64,000 bases of DNA from Bacilli bacterium (GTDB taxonomy: Bacteria > Bacillota_I > Bacilli_A > RFN20 > CAG-826), in NCBI GenBank assembly GCA_022641095.1, contig JALCDB010000001.1, forward strand, positions 311,859 to 375,858. The letters run 5' to 3'. Below the pieces are notes generated by a model. The model ran no database searches, had not been told where the DNA came from, and saw only the letters and a list, made by a program, of their open reading frames with translations. Positions 63,851-64,000 of the stretch are shown piece by piece. The first letter of the stretch is position 1, and each line of letters starts with the position of its first letter. The position numbers and the translations under genes were made by a program.

Positions 63851-64000
63851 TTACTTGGCTTCCAGAAGGGCCTTGACGTCATGGTCGATAATATCGAAGG
63901 AGGCGGTCGGCTCATAACGTTTGACGACGTTCCCCTTTCTGTCGATCAGGAATTTGGTGAAGTTCCATTTTATGGATGGGTCGTTCTTCCAACCCTTGTT
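63851..64000 (-). CDS. Glutathione peroxidase family protein, 3' end (partial)
   Basis: Minus strand reads ...IKWNFTKFLIDRKGNVVKRYEP...LLEAK*. Confidence 0.88.
   Translation of the reverse strand, partial: NKGWKNDPSIKWNFTKFLIDRKGNVVKRYEPTASFDIIDHDVKALLEAK

Overview
GC-rich firmicute (Bacilli-type: polC, rbgA, ylxM, fakA, whiA) chromosomal window. Streamlined gene clusters suggest a reduced-genome lineage (inference). A ~54-kb core block, almost all on the minus strand, carries uvrA-lgt-trxB-rapZ-whiA-gap-pgk-tpiA, one 16S-23S-5S operon, fakA-recG-plsX-rnc-ftsY-ffh, an inverted rpsP-khpA-rimM-trmD block, rplS-lepB-rbgA-rnhB-dprA-topA-trmFO-xerC and rpsB-tsf-pyrH-frr-uppS-cdsA-dxr-rseP-polC. 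Two outward-facing tRNA-Pro genes bracket it, each followed by accessory DNA. On the left is the end of a decaying prophage-like element. It has a tyrosine integrase split by an in-frame TGA, a broken small Cys-rich gene, an apparently circularly permuted ASCH-domain protein, and an intact three-gene ABC-three-component (Lamassu-like) defence cassette with its own promoter and terminator. On the right is an AT-richer islet with an AAA ATPase and RhuM/Fic pseudogenes. The most striking candidate new system is an ECF sigma factor translationally coupled to a single-pass membrane protein with an extracellular serpin domain. This possible protease-sensing sigma/anti-sigma pair is inserted between frr and the uppS-cdsA-dxr-rseP cluster. 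All assignments come from motif recognition by eye; no searches were run.
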